A DNA stretch of 61,744 nucleotides, counting the filler. It is 6 parts of 6 records of this genome, joined end to end, with 100 filler letters (N's around TTAATTAATTAA, not from the genome) between each part and the next. Parts side by side here need not be neighbours in the genome. Positions count along the whole stretch, not along the records: positions 39,427 to 56,165 come from SRR31147125_13135; positions 56,266 to 61,744 come from SRR31147125_13207; 4 more parts are not named here. One strand, 5' to 3'. Positions 51,374-61,744 of this stretch are shown here, piece after piece. Below the pieces are notes generated by a model. The model did not search any database. It worked only from the letters and a program-made list of their open reading frames with translations, and was not told the origin of the DNA. Within the stretch, counting starts at the first letter, position 1. Each line of letters begins with the position of its first letter. The position numbers were made by a program, and so were the translations under genes.

Positions 51374-54272
51374 ATGTTATTCTCCCGTCACGTTTTTTTG
51401 AAAATACGGTGCAATTCTGTCAGATTTCTACTATTCATGTTTTTATTGGTGGTTCCTTTAACATATCTGCTTGATTGTGCCCCTACAACAAAGGTAACAG
51501 ACTGGCCGGAAATCAAAAAAGAGCACAAACCATGGACACGATGGTGGTGGCAGGAAGTATTGTCAATGAGAAAGGCCTGACAAGCTGCCTGGAATCCTAT
51601 CAAAAAGCAGGATATGGTGGCGTGGAATTGACACCCATTTATGGCGTAAAGGGCTATGAAGATCAGTTTATAGATTATTTATCTCCTAAATGGATGGACA
51701 TGCTGGAATTTACAGTCAAAGAAGCCAACCGACTGGATCTGGGTGTTGATATGGCCACGGGAACCGGATGGCCCTTTGGCGGACCGTGGATAGATGCGGA
51801 GAACGCTTGTCGGAATATTGAATACACTGTTTATGAACTGAATGGCGGTGAAAAACTGGATAAAATAGTCCGTTTCATGCAAAAGCCTGAGGTTCATACG
51901 GTTGGCGGACGAATTGATATGAAGGATCTGGTGGAATCCCCATCGATACATAAAAAGATATATCCCAGGGCCCTGGCACAGGTAAAATTCGAAAAAGAAT
52001 GCCCTCTGCTCACCCTGATTGCCTATTCCGACAATGGGAAAACTATTGATCTAACAGATAATGTCAACGAAAAAGGTCAATTAGACTGGGTGGCTCCGCA
52101 AGGCCATTGGCAACTCTATGCCCTTTTCCTCGCCTGGCATGGCAAGCAAGTGGAACGTGCCGCACCGGGTGGAGAGGGCAATGTGGTCGATCATTTCTCG
52201 GAGACAGCGTTCGAACGCTATTTCGCACAGTTTGATTCTGCATTTGATGGTTTTGGAAAACCTCTTGTCCGTGCCTTTTTTAATGACTCCTATGAGGTGG
52301 ATGATGCCAGAGGAGAATCCAACTGGACGAAGGACATTTTTCAGGAATTTGAATCAAGACGTGGATATGATCTGCGTCAGCATTTACCAGCTCTGTTTGG
52401 CTCTGACGACAAAGAAAAAGGCAATCGGATCCTCTGCGACTATCGCGAAACCATATCCGATTTATTGCTGGAAAAGTTTACAATACCCTGGCAACGGTGG
52501 GCACAAAAACAGGGGAGTCTCATTCGAAACCAATCACACGGCTCCCCTGCCAATATTCTCGATCTCTATGCTGCCTCGGATATCCCGGAAACAGAAGGGG
52601 ATAATCATGTCAATGCCAGGTTTGCCAGTTCAGCCGCGCATGTGAGTGGTAAAAATCTTGTTTCTTCTGAATCTGCGACATGGTTAAACGAACATTTCCA
52701 GGCCACACTTGCTGAAACAAAGGCTGTGATGGACCACTTTTTCCTGGCCGGTGTCAATCATGTTTTTTATCATGGCACGCCTTACAGTCCACCTGATGTA
52801 GATTGGCCGGGTTGGTTGTTTTATGCCTCGGTTCATTACGGCCCGACAAATTCATTCTGGACTGATTTTGCCACATTGAATCACTATGTGGCACGATGTC
52901 AGTCATTTCTTCAGTCAGGCCAACCGGATAATGACATTCTCCTTTATTTTCCCATTTACGATCGCTGGTCTCAACCAATGCCTCGTGGACTGTTAGATCA
53001 TTTTCATGGGCCGGAACGCCGCAGCCAGTCGTCACAGAACTCTCTTTTGGCAGAGCAACTTGTCAAAAAGGGATATGCATTCGATTTTATGTCGGATCGA
53101 CAGCTGCAGCAGACGAGTTGTCAGGAGAATAATGTAAAGATCGGGGATCTTTTATATAAAACAGTTTTAATTCCGTCCTGCGAATATATTCCTCTGCAGA
53201 CATGGAATAAAGTACTTCAACTTGCAGAAAAGGGTGCAACGGTTGTTGTTCATGGAAAATTACCAAAAGATGTGCCCGGCTGGAAGGATCTGGACATTCG
53301 ACGTCAACAGTTTGCCCATACGCTGGAATCCTTACACTTTGAATCCATAAAACCGGGTGTACAGGAGGCAAAGCTGGGCCGTGGAAAGGTGATTATGGGC
53401 TCTGAAATTGAAGCCATTATGCAAAGAGCTAAAGTATCTCGCGAGAATATGGTTGACAGGGGATTACAATATATTCGCCGCCGGGATGAAAACGGTGCTT
53501 TCTATTTTGTGACCAACAAGAATTCTCAACCGGTTTCCGATTGATCCCCTTTTCCGAAAACGCCAAAACAGCTGTGCTGTTTGATCCCATGCATGACAGG
53601 AGTGGATTGGCAGCCATTCAAAGTACGAATAACGCACACACAAACGTCTTTTTGCAATTAAATCAGGGTGAATCCTGTTTGATCCGTTTTGTTGATAAAG
53701 ATATAAAAGCACCACAGTGGCCCTATATCAAGCCGCAAGATAACGCAAAACAAATAAATGGACAATGGCAGATTACGTTTGTCAAAGGTGGGCCAACGTT
53801 ACCTGCGGATATTATCACAGAATCCTTGCACTCTTGGACTGAACTGGGCGGTGATGATACAAAATCCTTTTCCGGGACGGCTCGATATAGCATAACGCTG
53901 CCAAAACCGGCTCAGGAAGCACCATACTGGATTCTGGATCTCGGTCAGGTCAAAGAGAGCGCCCGTGTGATATTGAATGGGAAGGAAATTGCATCTCTAA
54001 TCACACCTCCTTACAGGATTGTTCTGGAAAAAAGCATGTTACAAAACGATAATAGTCTGGAAATTGAGGTGTCCAACCTGATGGCTAACAGAATTGCTGA
54101 TATGGATCGAAAGGGCATGAAATGGAAAAAATTTCATAACATCAATTTTCCGGCTCGCAAGCGGGAGAATGTAAAAGATGGCCTGTTTCATGCCGATCAC
54201 TGGCAACCAATGTCATCCGGACTATTGGGTCCGGTTCGTTTGATTCCTTGCCAGTTTTTCAAGCCGGATTAA
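51374..54272 (+). CDS. GH106-like alpha-L-rhamnosidase, two frameshifts (near 51552 and 53540)
   Basis: KPWTRWWW/GS, GGVELTPIYG, GTGWPFGGP, FNDSYE, RNQSHG, ASSAAHV.G, FLAGVN..FYHG spread over three ORFs. Confidence 0.87.
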
Positions 54273-54309
54273 TAAAATAGTCTAAAAACTCCATTCAGGA
54301 GAGATTATT

Positions 54310-55720
54310 ATGAAGGATTCCAGAAGAACCTTTTGAAAAAGCTGGGCAAAAGTACCGCTTTTGTTGCTGCTTCCAGTGCTTTTATGAAATGTACAGCTGC
54401 TATACAACAAAAGTCGAATATCGTGCTGCTCATTGCCGATGACTGCACTTGTTGGGATCTTGGCTGTTATGGGAGCAGAGAATCCAATATACCGAATATC
54501 GACAAGTTGGCGAAAGAGGGGATACGATTTACTCAGTGCTTTCAGGCAGCGCCCATGTGCTCGCCAACGCGCCATAATCTCTATACCGGACTTTATCCGG
54601 TTAAAACAGGTGCCTATCCCAATCATACCTTTGCTAAAAAGGGCACCAAAAGCATTGTACATTATTTGAAACCTTTAGGCTACCGCGTGGCTTTGGCAGG
54701 AAAACGGCACATCGCTCCGGAATCGGTTTTTCCTTTTGAGTATCTACCGGGCAAAAAGAATCCGGATTTCAAGGCTGTTGAAGATTTTTTAGTTGAATCA
54801 AAACAGAACAACCAACCTTTTTGCCTGTTTCTCTGTTCCAATGAACCGCATACGCCATGGGATAAAGGGGACAAGGACCAGTTCGATCCGGCGACAATCA
54901 CCATGCCTCCTTTTATGGTGGATACTCCGGAAACCAGAGAGGTCTATACCCGTTATCTGGCGGAGATCAATTATCTCGACGGCCAGGTGGGTAAAGCGCT
55001 GCAGTTACTGGATAAACATGGTCTTCGTGATAATACCTTGTTTTTTTCCTCAGCGAACAGGGCAACAGTTTTCCTTTTGCCAAATGGACCTGCTATGAAG
55101 CAGGTGTTCAGTCCGCTTTTATCGCTCGTTGGCCCGGTAAAATTAAAACCGGTTCTGTCTCCGATGCGCTTTTAGAATATTCGGATGTGGTCCCGACCTT
55201 TATTGATGTGGCTGGTGGTTCACCTCCTCCAGATCTGGATGGCAAGAGTCTTTTACCAGTTTTACTGGATAAAACCACATCTTTAAAAAAATATGTTTAC
55301 AGCCTGCACACCACACGGGGTATCAATAATGGCTCCGACTATTACGGCATTCGTTCCGTGCGCTCGGATACATACCGCTATATCTGGAATCTCACACCTG
55401 ATGTCACATTTAAAAACAATGTCACCACAAAACAATCCGACTGGTGGGATTCCTGGAAGGAAAAGGCAAAAACAGATTTACATGCTGCAAAAATGATCCG
55501 GAAATATCAGAAACGGCCAAAAGAAGAGTTGTACGATATTAAAAACGATCCCTACTGTATGAATAATCTCGCCGATTTACCAGACCATCAGAAAGAAAAA
55601 GCAGAACTGCGCACGGTTTTGCTAAAGTGGATGGAAAACTGCGGCGACAAAGGTCAGGAGACGGAACTGGAAGCATGGGAGCATCAGTCGGAAGGGAGGA
55701 GGAAGCGAAATAAAAGTTGA
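54310..55720 (+). CDS. Tat-exported Cys-type sulfatase, two frameshifts (near 54333 and 55045)
   Basis: MKDSRRTF, NIVLLIADD, CSPTR, GKRH, shifted SEQG.SFPFAKWTCY, EELYD...DPY. Confidence 0.88.
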
Positions 55721-56165
55721 TATGTGTATGCTATATTGAAAAGTCGATAAAAAAATAATCTACTTGATCGTCCGATGTATCCATGTCGCACGCCAAATAA
55801 TCCGGGATATTTATCCCCATAGGACAACAATAGCAGCTATTACTTTGCCGCTACATAGGAATAATTTTTATCATCCACCAAAATCCCAGCCAATACAAAT
55901 AAATCGTGATTTTTATCCCCAAAAACCGTTTAAAAACCTTATTTTCGGCTCTTGTACCTTAATAGCATCAATAACCCAAAACTCCCTAAACCTTATTGGC
56001 TTATTTTTTAATAAATAGAACATTGATCGTCCATCATATTCGTACCGGATGCAAAATAAATCGGGATATTTATGCTGAGATGTAGAAACCTTTCAGGATT
56101 CTTATAGCATTGAAATTATGAAACTAAATGTTTTCTCTTGCTGAAATAAAGAAAATACCATGATT

Positions 56166-56265
56166 NNNNNNNNNNNNNNNNNNNNNNNNNNNNNNNNNNN
56201 NNNNNNNNNTTAATTAATTAANNNNNNNNNNNNNNNNNNNNNNNNNNNNNNNNNNNNNNNNNNNN
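56166..56265. other. Artificial contig linker
   Basis: N-run + TTAATTAATTAA + N-run. Confidence 0.98.
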
Positions 56266-56266
56266 A

Positions 56267-56965
56267 AAAAGTGAAAACTGGCCGGACCGGAAGATATTTA
56301 CCCACTGGAATGGCCGTGTAAGCGTTCGGACGCAACAATACCGGCTGGATCACCAGGGTATGTTGTATGATATGGTAAAAGATCCGGGACAGAATAAAGA
56401 TCTTTCACAAGAAAATCCCGGGATTGCGGCAGAGTTGAGAAATGCGGTGGAAAACTGGAAAAAAGAAATGCCTGTTAAACCGGACCAGAAAAGACCTTTT
56501 CCTGTTGGATATAAAGAATTCCCAAGCACGATATTGCCGGCCCGGGATGGTATACCAAAAGGGAATATTAAAAGAAGTTCCAGACACGCGAATTGTACCT
56601 TTTTTACAAACTGGATCAATAAAGATGACAGCATGAGCTGGGATATCGAGGTAGCTAACACTGGCACGTATGATGTCACCATTTATTATACCTGCGCTAA
56701 AGAAAATATCGGTTCGGTTTTTGAATGTGTCTTTAAAGAGAATCAGATCGTTGGCAAAGTAACAGAACCGTATGATCCACCTCTGATCGGAAAAGATTTC
56801 GACCGTGTTCCAAGAGGTGAATCCTATGTGAAAAATTTCAAAAAGCTGCAGTTGAATGGAATGACCATGCAAAAGGGCCGTGGGGATTTTATTCTTCGAG
56901 CGCTTGAGATTCCCGGGAAACAGGTTATGGATGTGAGGGCGGTTGTGTTGACGCTTGTCAGTTAA
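56267..56965 (+). CDS. Sulfatase C-terminal part with accessory beta-sandwich domain, 5' truncated
   Basis: Frame open from the contig start: WPDR.IF.HW...SVRTQQYRL...LYDM..DPGQ. Confidence 0.78.
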   Translation, partial: KSENWPDRKIFTHWNGRVSVRTQQYRLDHQGMLYDMVKDPGQNKDLSQENPGIAAELRNAVENWKKEMPVKPDQKRPFPVGYKEFPSTILPARDGIPKGNIKRSSRHANCTFFTNWINKDDSMSWDIEVANTGTYDVTIYYTCAKENIGSVFECVFKENQIVGKVTEPYDPPLIGKDFDRVPRGESYVKNFKKLQLNGMTMQKGRGDFILRALEIPGKQVMDVRAVVLTLVS

Positions 56966-57053
56966 TATTGATAAAAGTATATATTTTATTGAAGAATTAA
57001 AGATCGCAGGACTCGACAATTACAAAAAATGTAAAGTGTCCAAGATCTTTCTA

Positions 57054-58760
57054 TTACTCAAAAGAGACATCAGAAACTGTTTCCGTATCTATACTCATAA
57101 AAGGAATCCTCTTCCCGGTCTGTCCAATTTTTATGGGTGTCTCAGGTTTTGTTATTTTTTGCCCATTTATAGAAATGTTCCGAAAAATGACGTCAGAAAT
57201 ATTGTTTTTTGAATCATATCCCTGAATTTTCGATGTTGTCAAATATTGACTTTCTGTTATACTGATGGATATATCCTGAAACAGAATATTCCGTATTTTT
57301 CCCGGATCCTTTTTTACTATCTCATACTGTGGATGTTGCCAGATATCCTCACCGCGGGCATTAATGGAAATGTCAATAATACGGTCCCTATCACTGCGTA
57401 AGCCACCCGGTATTTCAACCCGATTATTGATAAAGGAAATGTTTTCCACTGTCGCACCATCCCTAACATAAATGGCAAAAGCCCGGTCTGCAATAAGAAC
57501 ATCATTATTTTCAAATGTGATATCGTACATGCGACGGGCACTCGTTTCCGTACCGACCTTCAAGCCGCTTTTCATGGTCAGAACGCTGTTGTTTTTGATG
57601 CGAATGTTTTTTGTCTCATCCTTAAGCCAGAGACCAAAGTTGGTGCTTTTCACCACGATCGGATCATCCCCGGTACAGACAAAACAACCGTCAATCACGC
57701 AGTCTATCACTGAATCCGGATCAAAACCATCGGTGTTGCTGGTGATGGGGCTGATGAGTTTGATGTTTTTTACCCGTATATGCTCTGAATATAAAATGGG
57801 GAACATCCAGCCATAACCATTGCGAATAACAACATCTTTAACTGTGACATTGTGACTGTTTTCAATATGAACGAGTTTGAGCCGTCCGTTTGCTGTACCT
57901 CCTCCATCGATGGTGGCATGGCCTTGAATAGAGACATTTTTGGCATGATGGATTTGAATCAGGGCGTATTCATAACCATAATCCCGATTCGGAGGACCGT
58001 GTTTCACGCCAAAGGGCAAAGGGAAATCCGCAGGATCAAAACTGGCCTGAATCAAAGCACCGTCTTCCAAAAAAAGTGTCACGCCACTGTAAAGTCGAAT
58101 AGTACCGGTTCTGTAAACACCGCGGGGAAAATATAACACACCACCGGGATTCGGACCAGTGGCAACATCAATAATTGCTCTTTGGATTTCAAAGGTACAC
58201 AAATTTTGGCCTGTATTATCGACATTATAATCCAGAATATTAAGCACTTTGGAGTTTTTATTATCAGGTTTGGGTACGTTCTTTTCCAATGGATCGGCAA
58301 AGATATAGAGCCATGTCCAGCCCAGTTGCAGAAGCAGATTTTTCGGTTCGCTCATGATAAATTCAATGGTCGAGTTATTACTATTAAGGCTAATACCAGC
58401 GCTTTCTGGCCGCAGACGAACCGTATCAAATGAACCAGATGTCTCCACTCTAACAACAACTTTACCTGAAAATGCGAAACGGGTACAGTGATAGGAAAGC
58501 TCTTTCATGTGTGGGAATTTATAATAAAGATCGCCTTCCCGTACTGGTAGTTTTTCGACAAAAACTTTTTGGTCGTTTACCGATACAGTAAAGACATCAC
58601 TTTTCTGAGCATCCGGGTAGGATCTGTAAATCTTTACCTCACTGGCAGCAACCTGGTTTATTAGGAGGAATATAAAAATGAATGAAAAAAATATGTTGAG
58701 CCGGATAAACATGATATCTTTTCCTATAACTTTTTGCATAAAGCACTCATTCTTTTTCAC
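57054..58760 (-). CDS. GH28 family pectin-type glycoside hydrolase
   Basis: IQRAI, YFPRGVYRTG, NTDGFD, GDD...KS, GLKVGTE; start may be 58712. Confidence 0.85.
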   Translation of the reverse strand: MKKNECFMQKVIGKDIMFIRLNIFFSFIFIFLLINQVAASEVKIYRSYPDAQKSDVFTVSVNDQKVFVEKLPVREGDLYYKFPHMKELSYHCTRFAFSGKVVVRVETSGSFDTVRLRPESAGISLNSNNSTIEFIMSEPKNLLLQLGWTWLYIFADPLEKNVPKPDNKNSKVLNILDYNVDNTGQNLCTFEIQRAIIDVATGPNPGGVLYFPRGVYRTGTIRLYSGVTLFLEDGALIQASFDPADFPLPFGVKHGPPNRDYGYEYALIQIHHAKNVSIQGHATIDGGGTANGRLKLVHIENSHNVTVKDVVIRNGYGWMFPILYSEHIRVKNIKLISPITSNTDGFDPDSVIDCVIDGCFVCTGDDPIVVKSTNFGLWLKDETKNIRIKNNSVLTMKSGLKVGTETSARRMYDITFENNDVLIADRAFAIYVRDGATVENISFINNRVEIPGGLRSDRDRIIDISINARGEDIWQHPQYEIVKKDPGKIRNILFQDISISITESQYLTTSKIQGYDSKNNISDVIFRNISINGQKITKPETPIKIGQTGKRIPFMSIDTETVSDVSFE

Positions 58761-58784
58761 GAATCTTATTGTTTTTAAGAAATC

Positions 58785-60443
58785 TTACCGAACCGTTCCC
58801 ATTAAAAGCTGCATACTGTGCCTGGGCAACTGAATATCCATTTTAGCCTTACCATCCACAATAGTCAGTGACAAGGATTCATTGACGTCGAGTTTGCTGC
58901 TCTGCATCAAGGCTTTTTGAATGGATTCATCAACATTCTTTGGACGTCCCAATTTTTCCCATGCTCTGTATGTATTGTGGTGCTCACGATCGAGTTTATA
59001 TATTTCGAAATCAATACGCTTTCCGGATAGATTTTCTATTTTTAACTGAACATTGTCCGTTAACGTCAGATCGTCATCTGTCTCGTTAAAATTATAAACG
59101 AGTATCTGGATCTGATTGTTATCCGTTTTTGTTGCCAGGACACCGGGTCTGTCACCTGCTTTGGGACCTGTAATGGCCAATCGCTGCTCACCCAGTTTGG
59201 CCAGCATTTCATATGCAGTGAGAATGGGCTTCGGGATATTGCCGGCAGTGGTGAGCTCCCGGTTACCAATAAAGAGTTCGTCCTGTTTTGCTTCCCAGCA
59301 GAATCCCCAGTAACCCATCAGTTTTGTTGTAAAGTTGTGCTCATCCTGCAAGGCGTATAAACAATCCACCAGTTTGGTCATAAACAGCGCCGCCCGTTCA
59401 TCGTCGCGATACTGTAAATCCGGAAAGTTTTTTGAATTTTTTTGAAAGTGGGAACTCTGACCCCATTCGTTCAAATGAAATTCCACATGATCTGCTAAAT
59501 TATAGCTATTTAAAAGTCGCTGAATCCACAATAATTCCAGATTGAAACGCTGAACCGTTGGCACAATGTGCGGCGCTTTGGGTAACCAGGAGCCGGACAG
59601 ACCATACAGGTGGTAGGAAACAAAATCGATAGGCGAACCTGTTTTTCCGGTCACAAAATTTTGTCCTTTGACAACGTGATCGAGAAAATCCCGGAGAAAA
59701 TAGATATGGTAACACGCCGGACCACCAACCTTGAATTCTGTGTCATAGGATTTTACGGTGTGGGCAAACACATCATATAGCCTGAAAAACACATCCATAT
59801 GTTCCTGTGGCCAGCCATCCGGTTCGTTCCACACCTCAAAATACCAGGTACGAAGCTCATCAATACCAAAGGTGTCCACCAGATTCTGCATAAATCGGTG
59901 CAGCAACTCTTCCCAGGCCTGCCAGTCTTTTGGCACGCCTTCTTTTGAGGCAAAATCCTCATCATTGGGACCGGATTTAAAATCCCGTGCCATGCGATCC
60001 GGGAAAAAGTCAAACTCGACAATGGGTTTCATCCCCCGTTTGACATATTCCTGAAAGGTTTTGTTCACAACAGAAAAATCGTAATGCGGATTTCCCTGTT
60101 CATCATAAACCAGTACGCGTCCGCATATGGAACCCCCAGCCAGTTTGTCCCGTCCGGTATTATTGCTGAATGTGTAATGAGTACGGAAATATGTACAGGA
60201 TTGATGTTCCTGCATTCTATCCAAAAGCTCCTGACCGTCAGGTTCATTCACCAATTGAAACAAAAAATCATGACCCAATGCCTGCCAAAATCGGGTGTTC
60301 GGGCCAACAACTTTTTGGGCATCGATGGTATAAGATTGTTGTGCTGATGCTATTCCGGATAGGGTGGATTGGAAAAGTAACAATATGCATGTAGCTTTGA
60401 GAAATTGTGACACTGAAATGTATATTTTATTTAAATAACGCAT
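58785..60443 (-). CDS. GH39 family glycoside hydrolase
   Basis: Signal peptide; WYFEVWNEPD, KVGGPA, IDFVSYH.Y, NEWG. Confidence 0.88.
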   Translation of the reverse strand: MRYLNKIYISVSQFLKATCILLLFQSTLSGIASAQQSYTIDAQKVVGPNTRFWQALGHDFLFQLVNEPDGQELLDRMQEHQSCTYFRTHYTFSNNTGRDKLAGGSICGRVLVYDEQGNPHYDFSVVNKTFQEYVKRGMKPIVEFDFFPDRMARDFKSGPNDEDFASKEGVPKDWQAWEELLHRFMQNLVDTFGIDELRTWYFEVWNEPDGWPQEHMDVFFRLYDVFAHTVKSYDTEFKVGGPACYHIYFLRDFLDHVVKGQNFVTGKTGSPIDFVSYHLYGLSGSWLPKAPHIVPTVQRFNLELLWIQRLLNSYNLADHVEFHLNEWGQSSHFQKNSKNFPDLQYRDDERAALFMTKLVDCLYALQDEHNFTTKLMGYWGFCWEAKQDELFIGNRELTTAGNIPKPILTAYEMLAKLGEQRLAITGPKAGDRPGVLATKTDNNQIQILVYNFNETDDDLTLTDNVQLKIENLSGKRIDFEIYKLDREHHNTYRAWEKLGRPKNVDESIQKALMQSSKLDVNESLSLTIVDGKAKMDIQLPRHSMQLLMGTVR

Positions 60444-60504
60444 TAGTTCTTTTTCTCCGACTGTGTTTTTGATTAAAAATATCTATTGGAACAATAAATG
60501 ATTT

Positions 60505-61744
60505 CTACAAATCATTCAGCATATCCTCGCCATTCATGTGCGCAAAACTAACCGGATCCCAGGCTTTCCATTCTTCAATCCGTTGGTGAATTCTGTTCTT
60601 TATTGTCGCCACTTTTGTTTCATTTCCCTTTTGCTGCCAGAACAGGATCTCCATTTTATCTGTTGTTCCCAAAGCAACATATTCCAATACCTTAATACCA
60701 TGCTCAAGAGATTCTTTTAACTCTTTTGGAATAAAACTCCGAATACTAAAAAGTAATTCTCTAACCTGCCCACAAAACACCCTTATTTGATACTGCCGTC
60801 TCTCAAAGTGTTCCGGTTCGGTCAGGAATCCCTTTTCCTGTAGTGCTTTGAGATCATTGATGGCATCGTCATCCTGAATGCGGGAGTGGTTGGCATTATA
60901 AATTCCTCGAGGGTAATAGAGTACTTTAAGAATGTTTTGAGAAAGCTTGTATAATTGATATGCGGTATTTTGTGCTCTTTCGGGATAATATTCTGCCACA
61001 AACTGTTTTAAAATATCATTCGGATTCATATCCGGATTTTCAGCCAGTTTGAGAAACGTGTAGATATTGATGAAATTGCCCCATGGTTTTTCAAATATGG
61101 GATTTTTTTGGAATTCCACATCAGGCGCACGGCAACACGTTTAATGCCAAGCTCCTTTAAAAGTTTAAATCGCGGTGCCCAGATATCACCCATATAACAC
61201 GGAAAATAATTGTGCCCGCTGTACTCACGCCAGGCATCGAATTCGACCACAATCCGTGACGAGTCAACAGCCCGTAAAAAAGTGTCATCAACAGGATGGG
61301 TCAAATGAAAATCCCCAACCGTATTTTTAATGGAAAAAAACACATTTTCCGGCAATCCGTCTGCCATATGCGATGGATGTTTTTCCTGCTCCAGCTCTCC
61401 CATGCGCTGCCAGGTACGCATCTGGACTTCCTTGCCATGCTTTTCACACACAGCAGCTGTTTCTTTTGTCAACAGATTGACACGATCCACGAAACTGAGG
61501 TGCTGACAGGAGTCGCAATGGCACTCCAGTACAGAAACCTGTGTCTCGTCCCCGGTTACCTGAAATCCGGCAATGTTCGGAAACGCTGTCAGGAATTCTT
61601 CCAGTTTTTTATTATATATCTCCCATGTGGCTTTACGCCCCGGACAAACTGCTGTGCCCCATACTTTTGGTTTCACTGTCTCCAGGACTTTTTCCGGAAA
61701 AATAAACTGGTTACTGTGAAAAAAGATGCGAATGTGCTTTTTTT
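60505..61744 (-). CDS. Hypothetical TIM-barrel-like protein (possible CAZyme), 5' truncated, frameshifted near 61105
   Basis: Frame open to the window end; two ORFs join at a T-run; FP.I.G....GDE, RTW, IK...GDF, VEFD..REY.G. Confidence 0.6.

Noticed and set aside
55764-56018. 84-aa ORF
   Set aside because: TTG start without an RBS, no recognisable family, overlaps a repeat-containing non-coding region

Overview
This window is not one locus. It is six unrelated contigs joined by five 100-nt artificial linkers (N-run, TTAATTAATTAA, N-run). Many genes carry single-base frameshifts at homopolymers, which look like sequencing errors. Contig 1 (1-5785, very AT-rich, Firmicutes/Mollicutes-like) appears to be a complete ~5.8 kb integrative element. 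It starts with the last 11 nt of a tRNA-Gln and ends with the tRNA-Gln 3' half. It encodes a tyrosine integrase, a phage-type replication initiator with a structured leader, two orphan ORFs and two tandem XRE-HTH + Abi/HEPN-like cassettes. In the second cassette the HTH and HEPN frames overlap at an in-phase A_AAA_AAG -1 slippery site. Contig 2 (5886-15150) has a HAD phosphatase and a DUF4159/TPR-metallopeptidase/MoxR/DUF58/BatA-VWA operon. Contig 3 (15251-33723, Bacteroidota-like) has polysaccharide biosynthesis genes, two hybrid kinases, fabF, a GntR-ROK-MFS-GH92-GH2 mannoside cluster and several REP-like palindromes. Contig 4 (33824-39326, Bacteroidota-like) is mostly housekeeping. Contigs 5 (39427-56165) and 6 (56266-61744) are rhamnose/sulfated-glycan utilisation loci: rhaT, rhaM, two GH106-like genes, Tat-exported sulfatases, a URO-D-fold protein, a sugar isomerase, GH28 and GH39. 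All family calls come from motif recognition by eye; no database search was run.
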